64,000 bases of DNA from contig JAZRIB010000012.1 in assembly GCA_045645065.1 (NCBI GenBank), forward strand, positions 5,282 through 69,281. Reading direction: 5' to 3'. Of the stretch, positions 63,634 through 64,000 are shown one piece after another. The notes beneath the pieces were generated by a model. It was not told where the DNA came from and did no database searches. It saw nothing but the letters and a program-made list of their open reading frames with translations. The translations under genes and the position numbers were made by a program. Each line of letters starts with the position of its first letter. Position 1 is the stretch's first letter. The DNA comes from Candidatus Enterousia sp. (GTDB lineage Bacteria; Pseudomonadota; Alphaproteobacteria; Rs-D84).

Positions 63634-64000
63634 ATGGCAAAAAAATCAGAATTTCAAACCACACCATTTACAATTGCGCACTATATTTTATTGTTTATGG
63701 TTACTGTTGTCTGTGCCAGTATTGTTACGTGGCTTATCATTGCGCGCCATAATGCCACAGTCGCAGACAGTGCAAATATTACAAAAATTATGAATAATAA
63801 CCCGTGTGTACACCAAACACGTTCTGCTGTTTCGCGTATGTGGGCATATAACCAAGAATTAATACCGACGCGTTATAAAACCGTTGCAGATACATATGCA
63901 AACAATGCGGTTTTAACCCGTGTCAGTGGATATTGTAACGATGTGCCTTTTACGTGTCGCGCGGGTCAGTTGCGCCGAACCTGTGATCCGTGTGCGGTTG
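63634..64000 (+). CDS. Membrane-anchored Cys-containing protein, 5' part only (runs off the right edge)
   Basis: Not in ORF track. Own translation MAKKSEFQTTPFTIAHYILLFMVTVVCASIVTWLIIARHN..CRAGQLRRTCDPCAV with no stop to position 64000. GGGGGA RBS. Confidence 0.5.
   Translation, partial: MAKKSEFQTTPFTIAHYILLFMVTVVCASIVTWLIIARHNATVADSANITKIMNNNPCVHQTRSAVSRMWAYNQELIPTRYKTVADTYANNAVLTRVSGYCNDVPFTCRAGQLRRTCDPCAV

Overview
AT-rich bacterial chromosomal segment. It is most likely from an alphaproteobacterium: lptE-holA-map-radC, a zauP-like/zapA pair, parC, lpxI, birA, a dnaB with an alpha-type C-terminal insertion, rpsD and corA. It may be host-associated, given eukaryote-like Cys-rich repeat proteins and a J-domain protein. 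Core genes are interleaved with four accessory blocks. (1) 1-6.3 kb: a minus-strand operon pairing three glycosyltransferases with three phosphatases, one pair fused. (2) ~6.3-15.5 kb: an integrative element next to tRNA-Asn(GTT). It carries two tyrosine recombinases, a serine recombinase, an hsdS/recombinase relic, a helicase-primase with reversed domain order, and an orphan ABC-type ATPase. (3) 31.1-40.1 kb next to tRNA-Glu(TTC): an array of single-gene cassettes separated by a recurring bipartite junction (conserved block, variable-stem hairpin, conserved block). It includes an L,D-transpeptidase-like (Tlde1/DUF2778-type) toxin with a membrane immunity candidate, followed by two orphan toxin-3'-end/immunity modules. 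(4) 47.4-60.5 kb: a compact T7-like structural and lysis gene cluster with no replication, RNAP or integrase genes, lying between birA and rpsD. It holds hydrolase, scaffold, capsid, tubular proteins A/B, fibre adaptor, TerL and portal. It also encodes a histone-H1-like [14 protein letters not shown] repeat protein inside the head module. Its terL is split exactly at the ATPase/nuclease junction by a 3,382-bp opposite-strand insertion carrying the host-type dnaB, a CI-like double-HTH regulator and an unknown gene. Deleting the insertion in silico restores the terL frame. Several operons start with a strong sigma70-like promoter followed by a structured leader that ends in an intrinsic terminator. 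No rRNA or CRISPR array was seen. All calls rest on reading the sequence and on motif recall; no database search was possible.
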